Assembly: GCA_002633005.1 (NCBI GenBank)
Contig: NMRA01000409.1
Location: 62,001-126,000 of the forward strand
Origin: Phoronis australis
Lineage: Eukaryota > Animalia > Phoronida
Reading direction: 5' to 3'
DNA length: 64,000 nt
This document shows, piece after piece, positions 25,240 through 39,931 of this stretch. The notes under the pieces were generated by a model that made no database searches, was not told the origin of the DNA, and worked only from the letters and a program-made list of their open reading frames with translations. Within the stretch, counting starts at the first letter, position 1. Each line of letters starts with the position of its first letter. Made by a program: the position numbers and the translations under genes.

Positions 25240-28200
25240 AATTCGTGTATGCAGATCAAGCACAGTATCTCGTGGAGCAACAATTATTAGTTTTCCGTTG
25301 GATGAACATGACTATAAAATCCAACTAAAAGTTGTACCCTCTACACAACCATGGACGTAAAAGTTTCATAGGTCTGCAACGAATATCGCCTTCAATTCAC
25401 GCTCAAAAGTCCATATGAGATGTAATAGTCGCCGCGTCCCCGCAATTTAGCGAAAACGGAAAATTGACCGGTTTTCCCCTTCCCGTTGCCAAGACGATGA
25501 AATCGTCACAATTAATAAATTCTCTCACCTATCAATGAACCCAGATGCAACCACTAATCACAGATCAGTTGTAGAAATGGCTCTATAACTGCTCAGTTAT
25601 TGATCACGACTAAACACTGTGTTGCTGTCCAAATTTTTTCTTTGGAAATAAACTACATTGGCGGTAAAACCACTGATTCACCTGGTGTACTCCGACCACC
25701 AGCACGACTCCTTGTGACGAAAATGGAGCGTGCATAGATAACTTAAGTGTTAGCGGAAGGATACGAGTGAAATAGTTCCTCGAATGAAGGAACCGGAAAA
25801 TAGTCCACGACGTTCGCTACAGAATGGATCTGATAAGACAAGACAGTAGACGCCGACGAGGGAAATTGATTACACGATTGTAAAATCCTTTCGATGTGCT
25901 CACATTTCTTGGACATGAAAGGTAATTACGTTTTGATGGCACACGTTTTCTGAGCAGTACAAGCCTCGAATTGCCCAGTTTAAATTATTTGATAGCCGTT
26001 TACTTCCGTGGACATCAACACAATGCACGGGGGCAATAGTAACATCAATCCAGTGGTCCCTCACGCAATTACAATTAAAGCCTCATCACTCCTGCCAAAA
26101 TGGGAAATTTAGTTGGTTGCTGAAAATCCACCTTCATTAAGATTAATGAAAATGGATGAATTTCGTTGCACGACGTTAATTTCACAGTTTTCTGACTCTG
26201 TTTTTTCGGGGTAACAAAGCTGGATTTCGAAAACCTCAAATTTTAGCGCTTTGGCTTTGACACAAAACTTTAAACCATTAAATTCAATCTTTGATGTTTT
26301 ATTCGGATGCCCCTTGGGTTTTCTATGAAAAAAGTTTAATCCCTAGCAAATTCAAATTTGCAGTTTTACCACAAATTAAGTTACATTGCACATCTACATG
26401 CAAATTCTAATGCATGACGCCACTTTTATAATTAATGTCGCGCGCTATAATTTAACGTCACGATTGCAAAAACTCGACGCCTTATCAACATTTTTTGAAA
26501 TTATATAATCTTGTTTTTTGAAATCCAACATAATATTCACATGTTTACAAAATACTTAACATCGTAAAACACTGCTTTGCGACATTTTGCAAGTTTGTCG
26601 AACCCGTTTATGCCGGTGATTCGCGATATGTGCATGTAGACGCCGTGTTATTCAAAAACATGAATGAGGCAAAATTAAAAACTTGACTTCATGAAACGCA
26701 CGTTTTGGATGTAATGAATGACTAGTAACAGTTTTGCAACAAGTGTTTAAAACGTAATGAGTAGACAGAACGTATATATAAATCAGTAACTGGGACTTAG
26801 TTAATAGTCTGAGCGAGTAGAATATTACAGGTTTGCGCTATAAACCCACTGCAACACTACAGATACCATCCGTCCAAATATCTAGTCAAGTCTTAATGAG
26901 CAGCTCTAGTCGTAATATGAGTCTTTTGGTTTCTGAAAATAAGGACGGTAATAACCATTTGCGACAAATTAATACATCAACCTCTCTATCTTAATTGCTG
27001 TACGTTGAAGACACCAGTAACGATCACTGCTTCCAAACTCATTCTTATGAAAATCATCAAATCTGCAAAACTGAAATTATTTTAGAAATCTTTCAAAATC
27101 TACATGTATCAGAAATGATTGCTGCTCCGTTTTCTCAGTCACGGTTTATCACTAAGAAGCTTAAGAAATTATTTAGTACCCGACATCGCAATTCAACCTC
27201 GGAAAATGCTAATGTTCCAACAAAGTTTTCATAAAGCATGGTCTACTTCTGGAAAATCTACACTTTTTAATACATTTCCTGGAGAAAATCGTTTTGAAAG
27301 GATCTACCTGCAAGTGCTTAGGTGGAATTGATGCAAACAAAATAATCATATACTCTACAATAAATCCAGTCAATCACTCACACAGACCGAGATAGACATA
27401 CATGTACAACCCTGATTCCCCCGTGGCAGGATGTATGGTCTTACATTCGAAGTCTATGCTTTAGTTAGGAGCGGTTTGACGCCGATTGATTCAGATGTTG
27501 TCCTCCGACTGGATATCAGTGGCTGGCATTATTGAAAAGCATGAAACACGTCATAAATTACTCATTTTCTCCTACTGACCGTAATCACTCGTGTGTTGCA
27601 TTTGTGACCTCAAAATGTGATTACATGTACGACCGACCAGATCACCCAATCTCCGGTTGGGGTATAACAATCTGTCGACCCAAAGTGTATGGTTTATCTG
27701 CCAAGCGAAACACTCCACATTTTAAAGGTGAAAGACAGCCACATACTCGGGCAAAAAGGACCTTTATTATAGACCACTTGCTGTTTTAAATTCCGCCCCA
27801 TCACGCTGCTTGTTCAGATTATCAGGAATTTCTAAGCTTGAACACAACCCGCACTTCGTTCTTGTTTAGGTACCAGCCTGGTTTAGCAGTTGCTTGACAG
27901 TGTGGGTGAGTTTTACGGATTCCATCGTTTTGCTGCTTTGAAGCCAGATTCTATGTTAGCTTTAAATTCGGTTTGACCTTGTAGTTTATCACTCAAAGCA
28001 TTTCTCTGGCAGTTAAATTGATATAAGTGTATTAGACATTTATTGATAATTATTGCTCCTTTGTAAAAATTGGGAATGTTCATACCGTAGTAATTAATTT
28101 CTTTTCGTTTTAAATTTAAAATCATGTCAAAAGCTTCAGTTGTCACTTCGCCGGTTTTGTCCCAAGATGCAACACACATTCTCAAGGCAGATATGACGTG

Positions 28201-28689
28201 GGCAGCGCATGCGCGCATACATCATCAGTGGGCAAGACGTCAGAACGGTTGTGGTAACCAAAGTCTGTTGTGGCTATATTTTCGTAAATTTTCTGGCCTG
28301 GTCGAAGCGGATTAACTCTCCCAACTACCTTGCAGAAACGTGGTTTCGGCAAGAACTGTTTTAACGGTATCTTTTTCATGAAATTTCATGTTATATACCG
28401 TTTTTAATTTTTCTAGCTAACCACTGGATCGAATGAGTTTTCACGGCCTTTTTTCAGTCACTCAAATGCTTGACATATTGTGGGCAACTCCTACGCCACT
28501 AATTTCACAGGTCATTAACCATTTACTTTATAAGCCAACACTACTGCATCATCTTACATGTACTTAGATCCGGACCAATTATTACAGTCCGTATGTCATC
28601 AGGTGCGGGTATTTTCAAGCGAAAAAGCATAACATTTTCCTATAATATAGGTCATCAAAACCAATGTCCAACGACCACTTCTACCGTAG

Positions 28690-28850
28690 ACACTTCTGCT
28701 TTGTTTTCTCGTAAATCGTACCTTTGTCGGACGACATTTGTGTGGACTCTAGGAATGCCGATTTTTGGGACATGTCGTTTGGAAGTTCTGGGTGAGCCGA
28801 CTCGTGGACAGGACGACTTCGTCACCTGATGACTGACCTGATCAGAATGA
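28690..28850 (-). repeat. Old dispersed repeat, homologous to 43615-43773
   Basis: GTCCGACAAAGGTACGATTTACGAGAAA vs GTTCGGCAAAGGTACAATTTACGAGAAA, with similarity extending over ~150 bp. Confidence 0.65.
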
Positions 28851-31452
28851 ACGTTCAGATTGGGTAAGGCCTTGATGTTGTCTAGCACTCTTCGCTAGTC
28901 AAATTGCCAACACGCTCACTGGCGATCGTTAATCGGTTTAACTCCGATAGCTCTCAGGCCACCCACCTTCGAGGGGAAGATAGTTTTATTTATCGAAAGC
29001 AAGTGGTTCGTCACAAGTGCCAGGGGAATACAGCTAATTCTACTTAATGCCTAGATCAATTAGAAGCGCTTCGAGAGACAGAATCCGAAAACCTTGATTA
29101 GGGCAGTGAAAAGATCTACAAGAATTACGAATCTACGGTCTCTTTTTATTTAAAATTAGCGCGATGTAATTATCGAGTTCACAGTTGTACTGTACGACCA
29201 TTGTGCTGGACGTTATTCGACAAGACATAACATCCAATCACGGTGACGTATTCTGTTAAAAGCAATTTAGGTTTGTGCGCCCCTGTCCGCGTATCGGAAA
29301 ACACTTGTCAGTTCGGTCTAGTCTTCCAGAGACGATACCTTTCACAATCGTTTTTCTTGAGGCGAATTTTATCAGAACCTCAATCCCCGACAGCAACACT
29401 GGTGGTGACAAGTACTTGGAAGGAACATAAAAAGCTATCGATCGAAATCAAGACGGAATTAAAGACAACAGTTGGTTTGAGGCTTTCACTTCATCGACTA
29501 TCATTGACGCCGGGGGCGAGAGGACTGCTTTACGTGAGATTAATGACGCTACTAACAAGTGCGCTAAAGTAAGCTAGGATTGGCCTGATATCACCCGGGG
29601 CGAGTAATCAAACGGGGTCATCTGCGTTTGATTCGCCTCAGACTGTTCAAATGGAATGTTATTATAGGCTCAAAGTTTGGGGTGAAGGCCACCAGGAGCT
29701 CAGAGCAGAGAACAGAGAGCTAGCGTGATATATGTGCAAGTTAGCACCTGGCATGTTTGGCATTTCTGTTCTTTTGTCTCCTGAATAATCACCGCTCAAA
29801 GACACGATTACATTAATCGCAAACATGACACGGCAGAGTCAACATGTTCGTTAATGTGATATTGTTACCAAGCGAAGTTGACGCTCCTACAAAATCAACC
29901 CCCGTTAGTTATTTAAGTCGGCATCGCGTCAGTTTACTCTGACTAAAAAAAGAAAATTTCAAGGCACACGCACATGTACGAGTCAGTTGAGTGAGTACCC
30001 TTAAAAGTACGAGTCAACTGTCACTCACTACATGTACGTCGGCGGCCATTTTAGGTGGTGATGCGCACCACCAAAATCAAAACTTAAACTAAAACATTCG
30101 TATTAAAATCCGTTATATTTAAAAACATTTGGATGATTTTGGACTAAAATTTGGTACGAAATGAGTTGCGTTAAAGCCCGTTTTAAGAAGTTTGTTTTAC
30201 TTAAAATGAAGCGGAAAGAGAACCTTCAACCGAATTTGCAGCCATCACGTGACAGGCCAGGACCAAATAGAACAAAAATTTAAATCCAGGTTTCCCATCA
30301 CCCGGATGTGAAAGCACTAAACATTTCTGAGCCAAGGTTGACAGTGTTGGAATTTTAATCGGAGTTTATTCAACCGAAGTACTGGTTACGAATATTTTCT
30401 TGGTTTTTGAACCGATTCTAAACAGGGAGGTGGTCTAATTGAAAAAGGCAATTTGAACTACCGGTGCTTTCACGGGAAAAGTTGATCATAAAATGCAGCG
30501 CCCCACTAGCATATTGAAAAAAATGGCCTGTCGACACATACAATTCACAAATGTTTAGATTCTGGCAGTTATAATACAATAACCATAGGTTAGTTATAGG
30601 TTCATGGTTCGTTTTGGGGTAAATACTGATGTTTTTTTTTATTTTATTAGGTGGCCGGATGCAAGTACGGTAATTGCAAAATGCCAGAAAAACTCGTTTT
30701 GGAATCAGTTTCATTGAACTTAAGCTCTCTATTCAGACTTTCTAGTTAAACCGTGCATACATATACTTGCACATGAAGCGTCACTCAGATACATGGAAGT
30801 GGTCACTTTTGTCACGGTCCCAAAGGCGACTAGTAAAGCGAGGTAAAGTGTTTTCAGGATTCACAAATATACACACACTGACTGTGGAAAAGGGGGTTGT
30901 GCTGCCTTTGAACTCTATTTCAGAATACTGCAAGAGATTACAACTACAATGGAAAATTCCGGATTATCACTATAACAATATTACCATTATGTAAACGCAA
31001 TTTTGATAACACGCCTCAATTTTATCATAGTGCGAATTTCTTTATTCAACTGCGTTTTTTCACTGCCAAGCCTTGTTATCGCCCACGTTTTCGGCGGTTT
31101 GCTTCGAAAGGGGATTTAATGACACGTTTTCTAAAAAGGAGTCTTTGATAGGTCAAGGCAGACACGCGTATAAATTGACAAGGAGAACCACGTACGCGGC
31201 ATGTTTGACAAGTTGACACCTTGTCTGATTTCCTTGATTTACACATATTCAATTATACACGTAACCTGCTTGACGGTATAATCTCATTTACAACGGAATC
31301 AAGCTCGTCGAGAAGCGTACACTGGAATAATCATTTGAGTTTTCTTCCGTTCGCGTCTAAATGTTCAGCACATTCAGTGTATGTGTTGCTTAAGTGTGCC
31401 ATGTTGAAATAGACAATTCCCTTTATTTTCATCAATTAAGAACAAAGGCCTA

Positions 31453-31819
31453 GGCCTGGGGTCTACTAATCTTTGTACCCGGCCTAAATCTAATTAGGGA
31501 TATATTTTGTTAATTTACGTTCTACTTCTGTGCGAGTTTAAGATAACTCTATTCTGTTCCAGAGCACATAGTTTGCACTTGATGACCCCATGATTAAAGT
31601 TAGAGTCTGAACTCGAAGTGTCGAATTTTAACGCGAGTTGGTAGCTCAACTCCAGGAGTCATCAAGTGCAAAAGTAGACTCGAATCTTATCTGCTTAAAT
31701 CACAGTGCACTTGAGCACCGAATAACATATACTTAACTTAATCTTGCACAAAAGGTGAACGGAACTCGTCAATTTCGAAGTCGATTTCGAGGACAAGTAT
31801 ATGTATTGAAAAGCGGGCC
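31453..31819. mobile_element. Harbinger-type MITE, copy 3
   Basis: GGCCTGGGGTCTACTAATCTTTGTAC ... GAAAAGCGGGCC with 3-bp TSD CTA (31450-31452, 31820-31822). Internal GAACTCGAAGTGTCGAATTTTAACGCGAGTT matches copy 1. Confidence 0.7.
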
Positions 31820-34800
31820 CTAGTGCCTTCAATGAAAAGATATTATAAACATGGGAAGATTTAGTAAATCACAGTCCTGCATGTACGGTATGTACACTGT
31901 AGTAACAATTTCAAATAATTTGAAGTGCAGTTGCATTCAAATGTGGCAGCCATTCTGTTAAAAGTCCACTACAAATTCAAAATCAACCATAACAATTGTT
32001 TATTAAATTATGTTCATTTTGAAAAACCTGTAATAACGCTTCATCAGTTATATTTGTGAATAACGTTTGACCACTTGGTTTGTGTTAAAATTTATTCTGA
32101 AGGGGGGAAATTCTTCAGTACCATAGTTAGCCTAAAAACATAGCTGGTTCTTTAACCTGGCTCATTTTGAGACATGCGCTCACAGACTTAAAACAGAAAA
32201 AGCGCTCGCCTCATTAAGGCTCAGCATACATACATTAGTTACGTGTGTTTTGCATACAGGCGCATATGCATATAGATGCAGGCGGTTATCATTTGCACAT
32301 GCGCAAGTCTTAACCTGGATTTTTCTCATGTTTTCTCGTTCTTCGTAGCTTAGCCAACGGGCGTTATGTTGTAGTGGATGATTCTACTTTCAGTCAAATA
32401 ATGTTTTTAAAAACTGCTCAAAGGTTTTAATAAAACATTTCACATACGCACACATGTGTCTAATTCAGGATAATAGGCGCGCCCTCACGTGCAGTCTCTT
32501 CCGCCTAATACGCGCACACAAATGCACAGTATAATTTTAAATTTAATTGGTGTATGCAGTTAAATATTCTGAACTAGTAGACCAGTAGACCTTGTCGTCT
32601 ATTAGCACGGGTTTAAGGGGAAATGCTAGCTTTAAAAGTTAGAAAAATCTGAACAACACAGTCCGCTACACAATAACGCCGATGTTGACGTAGCTGCGTG
32701 TACATGTAACACAGTGTCACTGGTACTAACAGTGTTTCTATTATTTGTTAGTTCACAGAAAGTAATCAATAAAAATGACACTAATAAGTGGAACTACATG
32801 TATCTCATAAATTACCCTAAGCGTGATCGTTTAGGTATTTCAAAACCTTTATTTAAGCCGTGTTGTCGAGTCGCTGAACATGAACCACTTCTTGGTTGTA
32901 CGTCACTGGTCGACGCAAGCACATATCAGACAGTGCGAGAGAGAAGCTTTTGCAGTAGTATGTAAATCTTCCAATGAAATTACGACTTAGGCTGGAACAT
33001 GAAGAACCATATCAACAGTGTTCAAGCGTGTAGTTTCGATTAATGCGCTACCATACAAAGCAGTTCTGTTGACAACCACTACCCGCCGCCATATTGTCAT
33101 CTGTCTTGTTTTGTAGTTGCACTGAGATCACGTGACAATCTTAACGCGCATGATGTATCTAAACTGGAGCTACATTTAATTAAGGACCGCAATGTAGCCC
33201 GGAATTTTTTGCATAATAAACTTCAGCATTCTGTGACTTCAAATTGACGTCTTTGAGTACTCTAATAGTGCATGCATTTTAATTGTTAATTTGTTGTGCC
33301 AGCTCTTACTGAGGAAGGTAATAAACTATATGGCAACTTTGTACGTGTTGAACTGTGAGCAGACTAACTAATAATCTATCAATTATTATATTCCAATTAA
33401 GACACGGAATCTACACTATCGTTGGTGACAATGTCCGCATTTAATCGTCAGTTGGCAGCCTCAGTCCCTTCCGAGTGACTAAACCCCTGTCCTACATTTT
33501 GTTTGCCAGCTAACAAAACGTGCATAATCTTACTGGTATCCGGTCAGAGTTATCTCCACCTGTAGCTGCACGTTCGATATCTTCAGTCGAGGAAGCATGA
33601 TATTAGGCATACCTCGGGAATCAAAAGCAGTGCCAGATGACTACATTAATTCTTCACTTATTAAGCGCACAGAATGGCTGTCAAGTGAAATTCTACTTTG
33701 TAAAATTTCTCCGCTAAAATGAATTTGAAGAAAAATTTAGTCAATTACTAGCATGGTTTGTATTGTGACATGAAAAGATTTTTGGTAAATTTTCTATCCT
33801 TTGCAGTAAAGTAATTAGCCTTCGAAAATGGAAAAATGTCAATTTTGATAAATAGTGTTGTACGAAATAAGTGAAGAAGTACCGTAGTTTGCTTTTGGTG
33901 ACTGGGCTTTATTTCTTCATCTTCATTGTAATAATTACAATCTCGATTTAAAACGGTTCCTTATGGAACTATTTTTAAGCGGACTCATGAAAAGTTATCG
34001 ATTTCCAGGATTTGTAGATGAGCAACTCTTCAGTTTATGAGCCGACTAGAGGACGAATTGTACATGTATCTCACCACTTGGCTACTCAGCTTCGCCGTTT
34101 TTACACGTAGTTGGGTGAGTTTGACGAGTTTCTTTGCTTATTAAGAACATCGAACCATTTTGTATAAACAAAAACAAGTAGAATTTTACCATTATTTAGT
34201 CAATTTCAATCATATGTGTGGGAGATTAGGGCGATTTTATTGAAACAGGAAACAAGTTATACTAAATACAGTTTGGACAAATATAGGCAATAAAACGTAC
34301 TACAGTACTCCATGAAAAACACGTTATTCCTTTTGCTGTGCAATGTGTATTCAGGCGACTGGTTTGGCTAATTAGCCAGCGCTGGTGGCTCGCGGCTCAC
34401 ATTACCCCTAGTGATAAAAATAGTTCACAATAATGGCTTTTGGGAAAAAGTGTCAATACTTACAAAAATAACGGAGGATATAATGACACGATTGTAATGA
34501 TGTTGGCCGACAACGATCATAGTCACCTGAAAATACATGCCTATAACAATTTTTTAAAAACGTGTTTACAGTACATTTCGCAATAAAATATGAAATTTTA
34601 TTTGTTTAAAATGCAATCTGGAATACACCGTCCTATCTTTGATTTTCTGGTTTAGCACTAAAATTTAAACATGTACGTTCATAATGAATACACTGATCAG
34701 TGTTACATGTGTGTTGTGCCATCTATTGGTGGTTGGATAAACTGTCGTTACACGCAAGTTTTTTTGGTTTCATCAGTGTCAGTAAGTCCACTTGATCGAA

Positions 34801-34930
34801 CGAGAAATCGGAAGGAAACTGTAACTATCCGGAGTGACAGTTCGTTTAATATCATTTACGGTTGTATTTACTTAATGAAATAGTCGACGAAACTGGAGCG
34901 GAGAGGCCGTCTCTGCAGCATAATTGAATT

Positions 34931-36898
34931 TTCAGTTAAACTAATAAAATCGATGCGTAAGGTCATAGCAAGCTCATGTGTATGTTTTTTTCGCCAAGGA
35001 CAGTGCTGCGTTGTGCCAAGAAGTTAGATATTGTGAACAGCAGTCGAAATGTTGTTTTACCGGTAGACAAGTTCTATTTTCGCGCGATGATGCGAGTTAT
35101 TTTCAGTGCACGAGCCATTATACCCTGATAACGCAGGCAGTCCACTGAAAATACCAAGAGTCACGTGGTATACTGCTTAATTTGCTGTCACATCGGACAA
35201 TTTGGAGCATGATATCACTTTATATCCTAGTTCCGGATTAATCCTTTTCATGGGCCTTTTCCTATGCTCCCCCGGTCCTCATCAAGACCCACCCACACCC
35301 GTCGCCAAAAATCGCCGTTTTTCGAATTTCTGATATTCCGTGTACTGCTTGATGTCGCAACGGACCAGACCATTATCCCTGTGCTTCTTTTAGACACGGT
35401 GAGTCAAAAACCAATTCTTGTTGGATCAGTGTGGCAAACTACACCATTCAATTCCACGTTACCTGCTCACAAAAGGTGGCATTAGGTGTACCCGGACCTC
35501 CTGTCAAAGCCTAGCCAATAACTTCGTACATGTAGAATAAATGAATGGATCTATATCTTCCTTACCCTGGTGGTTGTGCTTGAAATGTACCCACGTGCAC
35601 ATCGAATCACTTGAGAACAAATACAGTTCTGTGTAGGCAAGGTACAGTACGATCGACTCAAACGATGTGTTTTTGTGATTTCATTACAAAATGCCAATTA
35701 TCGCTGTTGTCTGTCAGTCATTCACTGAAACCAAAGCCGAGGACTTCTCCAGTTAAATACGCTTGAACTACTCTGCCTTTTCTAGAGCGAGGTTTACATG
35801 TCGCTCAGCCAGCAGGGTGTCTCCATAAGGCGGTCGCGAATTTAACCGGTTCAAATCCTCGCTGGGCTGTTCTCGAAAATTCACATCTCTCGCCGATAAC
35901 AACAAAAATATGGTNTTCAGTTAAACTAATAAAATCGATGCGTAAGGTCATAGCAAGCTCATGTGTATGTTTTTTCGCCAAGGACAGTGCTGCGTAGTGC
36001 CAAGAAGTTAGATATTGTGAACAGCAGTCGAAATGTTGTTATACCGGTAGACAAGTTCTATTTACGTGCGATGATGTGAGTTATTTTCAGTGCACGAGCC
36101 ATTGTACCCTGATAAAGCAGGCAGTCCACTGAAAATACCAAGAGTCACGTGGTATACTGCTTAATTTGCTGTCACATCGGACAATTTGGAGCATGATATC
36201 ACTTTATATCCTAGTTCCGGATTAATCCTTTTCATGGGCCTTTTCCTATGCTCCCCCGGTCCTCGTCAAGACCCACCCACACCCGTCGCCAAAAATCGCC
36301 GTTTTTCGAATTTCTGATATTCTGTGTACTGCTTGATGTCGCAACGGACCAGACCATTATCCCTGTGCTTCTTTTAGACACGGTTAGTCAAAAACCAATT
36401 CTTGTTGGATCAGTGTGGCAAACTACACCATTCAATTCCACGTTACCTGCTCACAAAAGGTGGCATTAGGTGTACCCGGACCTCCTGTCAAAGCCTAGCC
36501 AATAACTTCGTACATGTAGAATATATGAATGGATCTATATCTTCCTTACCCTGGTGGTTGTGCTTGAAATGTACCCACGTGCACATCGAATCACTTGAGA
36601 ACAAATACAGTTCTGTGTAGGCAAAGTACAGTACGATCGACTCAAACGATGTGTTTTTGTGATTTCATTACAAAATGCCAATTATCGCTGTTGTCTGTCA
36701 GTCATTCACTGAAACCAAAGCCGAGGACTTCTCCAGTTAAATACGCTTGAACTACTCTGCCTTTTCTAGAGCGAGGTTTACATGTCGCTCAGCCAGCAGG
36801 GTGTCTCCATAAGGCGGTCGCGAATTTAACCGGTTCAAATCCTCGCTGGGCTGTTCTCGAAAATTCACATCTCTCGCCGATAACAACAAAAATATGGT
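34931..36898. repeat. ~984-bp near-identical tandem duplication joined by a single N (probable haplotype/assembly artifact)
   Basis: 34931-35914 and 35916-36898 differ only by scattered SNPs and a 1-bp indel. The junction is N35915. Confidence 0.9.
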
Positions 36899-39219
36899 AG
36901 TCCAAATAGTGCCGCAGATAGGGAAATTTTCTTTCACAAAAATACTTTTACGTGTTTTTGTGGTATTTTTTCTGATAAGTCAAATCTTTAATATTTAATA
37001 AATCTCTTCCCTCGACATTTCCATAATTATACGTTGGCATAAACAGAAAAAACTTCTCGATCAAACGAGCTGTCTATTTAAATTATCAAAATGTATTCGC
37101 ACCATTTTCCACGATATTAACGCAAACACATCGAAAAGTACAATGCAATATTTCAAAATTAGAAAAAAATCTGCATTGGTTTTTCGCCGTTTGTGGACAA
37201 GAATAAATTTGAAAACTGCTGTAGTCACGCACTTAAAAACGCTTTCTTTAGTTTTATCTTTCTCTCTTACATTAATGCCTTGTGTCTCTTCATCTAAACT
37301 TAGTGAAATGCAACTTTAATCGTACATTGTACAAAATGCTCCCTTTCCGCCTGCCTCGCACTAGCGCCATCTGTTGTCAGCGCCATTGGCAAGCTTACGC
37401 AATCCTCAATGGCATGTACATGGCGATCGACGAGACAACACAACAAGTTCTGACAAGGTTATTAATTTAATAAATCCAAAGCCTGCGCGTCTGTACATGT
37501 ATACGCCCGAGGGATAATTAGTTGATTAAGTTGAGAATCTCTGGTCGACACTGTGTAATCTCGACGTTTTACGTACATGAATTCCAAGAAATTACATGTA
37601 GGTTTGCAGTGTATTTTCAACTGATAATCGTGTTCAACATTACGAAGAAATTACATTTCATTAACATGAATGGCAGAAACTTGCAGCTTTCTGTCAGGCT
37701 GTGTGGAATATGAGAGTTTTGTGCCAAGAGGGTCTATCCCTGGCGCCGATCTCATTCGAATGAAAAGATAACCAAAAATCATTTCTCATCTTCATTTAGG
37801 TCCTGTTTGATGAAAAGCTACTGAACACTTAAATTTGTTCTTATGCTCCACACAAGTATGAGCCAATAGGTAGCGTGCAGACCAGACTTAAAAATGGTTG
37901 TGAACTAGTGTTTCAAAAAAATAATAAACTTAAATTCGAGCAAATATGCAAAGTCTCTGAAAATATTCACAAAACTGCCAGTTACTGAAATAAGTCCAGA
38001 AAAGGATTGTTTGATTCTTTTCTCTACCCCGACGCTCACCGACTAAACCCCGCCCCCACCCCATATCAACTTCAGCCAAGGTCTCGTGTTTTTTATAAGT
38101 TGTACAATAGCAAATAGACGGGGTAAACAAGTTTTAAAACTTCCTGACTGGCCAAGTGATTAGTAAAAACCAAATTGCGCGTCTCAAGTGGACTTTTTTT
38201 CTAACAATCAAACAACGAAAAGTACCGCACCATTGACTCGATTTTCAAAAAAAACAGAGACCAGAATCAACTACGCTTTTTTCGTCTTATTTCTGTAAAT
38301 TATTTTTGACGCGGATGCACTTACTGTTAGGTAACATATTATTCACCAATTTTGAAATTAAAACATATTAAAAGACTGAATTTCAGTCTTAAAATGTAAG
38401 TCGAAAGGTCATGTAGGGCCTTACTGACAGGTGTACGTATTTAGACAAGTATGTACGAAATCATATATGTTAACTCAACACCTGTTGAAAACTCAACAAT
38501 GTTCACGACTAAAAATTTCAACAGCTTTATTTTGAGACTGAGTATGGATCGTCATAACCAAGTCGAAGGCTAGTCACCGAAATCTCGGTGAATTTTCGGC
38601 ACAGAAGCCGATGACACTCGCAAATGTTTCCTCTCACAAAGTGTTCCGTTTCACAAATGGTTTCCCTGAAACAGTCCATGAGCGACACCTCGTGTCCACC
38701 ACATTCATTAAGGAACACAATTAGAACATCAAAAACTGCCCTAGAATACTACACTTGTTTAGAACAAATATTTGTGCACCGAGTGAGCCAGTGTAATTCA
38801 TCAGTGGCGACGATTAAGCATAAATTTGCCTGGATTCCAACGACAGGGATATTATCACTATGTAATTCTTAGTAATTACCGGTCAAGTCGCGGTGACAAA
38901 CGACCACGCATTAAAGTGCCCGTGATTGTCATGATGCTGTCAAAAACAACCCGTCAATCGATCACTGGTGTTTAGCAATGAGAGCATGCACCCATAACCA
39001 TGTGGTGGAACTCACGATTACATGGCTGCCCCTCTACCTTGCTGCTACAGATCTTGTGAAACTCTTACTCGGGCAATCAAACACCACATACCCGTTGTAG
39101 GTTTCATTCCCGATCCCAAATTCCGGACTTAAATACTCCCATACCACGTGATCTCACTCCATACCTGGAGACCAAATCTGGAACCGGACTTGAGCCTGCT
39201 GGAGGTGTTCGGCTATGAG

Positions 39220-39870
39220 CAGTGGCGGATCTAGGATATCACAAGAGGGGGCCCAACATCTTGTCCGGCTGTAAGCATTTGCGNATCTAGGATATCACAA
39301 GGGGGGCCCAACATCTTGTCCGGCTGTAAGCATTTGCGCAAACCACGATTGTAGATGCGCAAAGCACCGAATAGGGGGAGGTCGGGAGGGGGGCAAACCA
39401 TCCCGCCCAGGAAATTTTTCTGCTTTATCCTCTAAAAATCAAGCATTTTCCTTGATTTCTGATGTATCATCCAAGAAAAAAAGGCAAAAAATAAAGAAAG
39501 AAAAATAAAACACGGATAACGTGTCACACAGGAAAAACTGCGAGTTCCACAGACTCGAACGCACCACCTGGCTGCTTGGACGCGCATGCTTTACCACTAC
39601 ACCACCACGATTTCACTAATAAACTAAAACTAAGAGACCTACATGTACTTGTTTATGGTCCACAGCGTTTGCGCGCGAAACATACTTCTTTTTGTAATGC
39701 TTATTACACGTTTTATATTTTGTGCAATCGGTTCTTAACAAATTTGTTGTATTTAAAATAGTCTTCAAATGCCCAAAAAACCAAATCCGTTTTTCGTGAT
39801 GACGGGATTGCTTTGGAAATTGTCTTAAGTTAAGGTTTGACAAAGAGAGAATTAATGAGTTTCTGAGTGA
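39220..39870 (+). mobile_element. CA-ended MITE, long form, copy 2 (right end not seen)
   Basis: Starts CAGTGGCGGATCTAGGATATCACAAG and is inverted-homologous to 9640-10146. Has a ~55-bp duplication around N39284. Confidence 0.8.
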
Positions 39871-39931
39871 TTCACTAAGGCTTCGATTAAAATTCACATC
39901 TTACCAGCAACTTCTGTTCTTTCATCGTCAN

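Noticed and set aside
38527-38718. CGGHEVSLMDC, SRCR-like peptide
   Set aside because: Remaining SRCR Cys/Trp/Gly pattern is absent and there are no splice signals.
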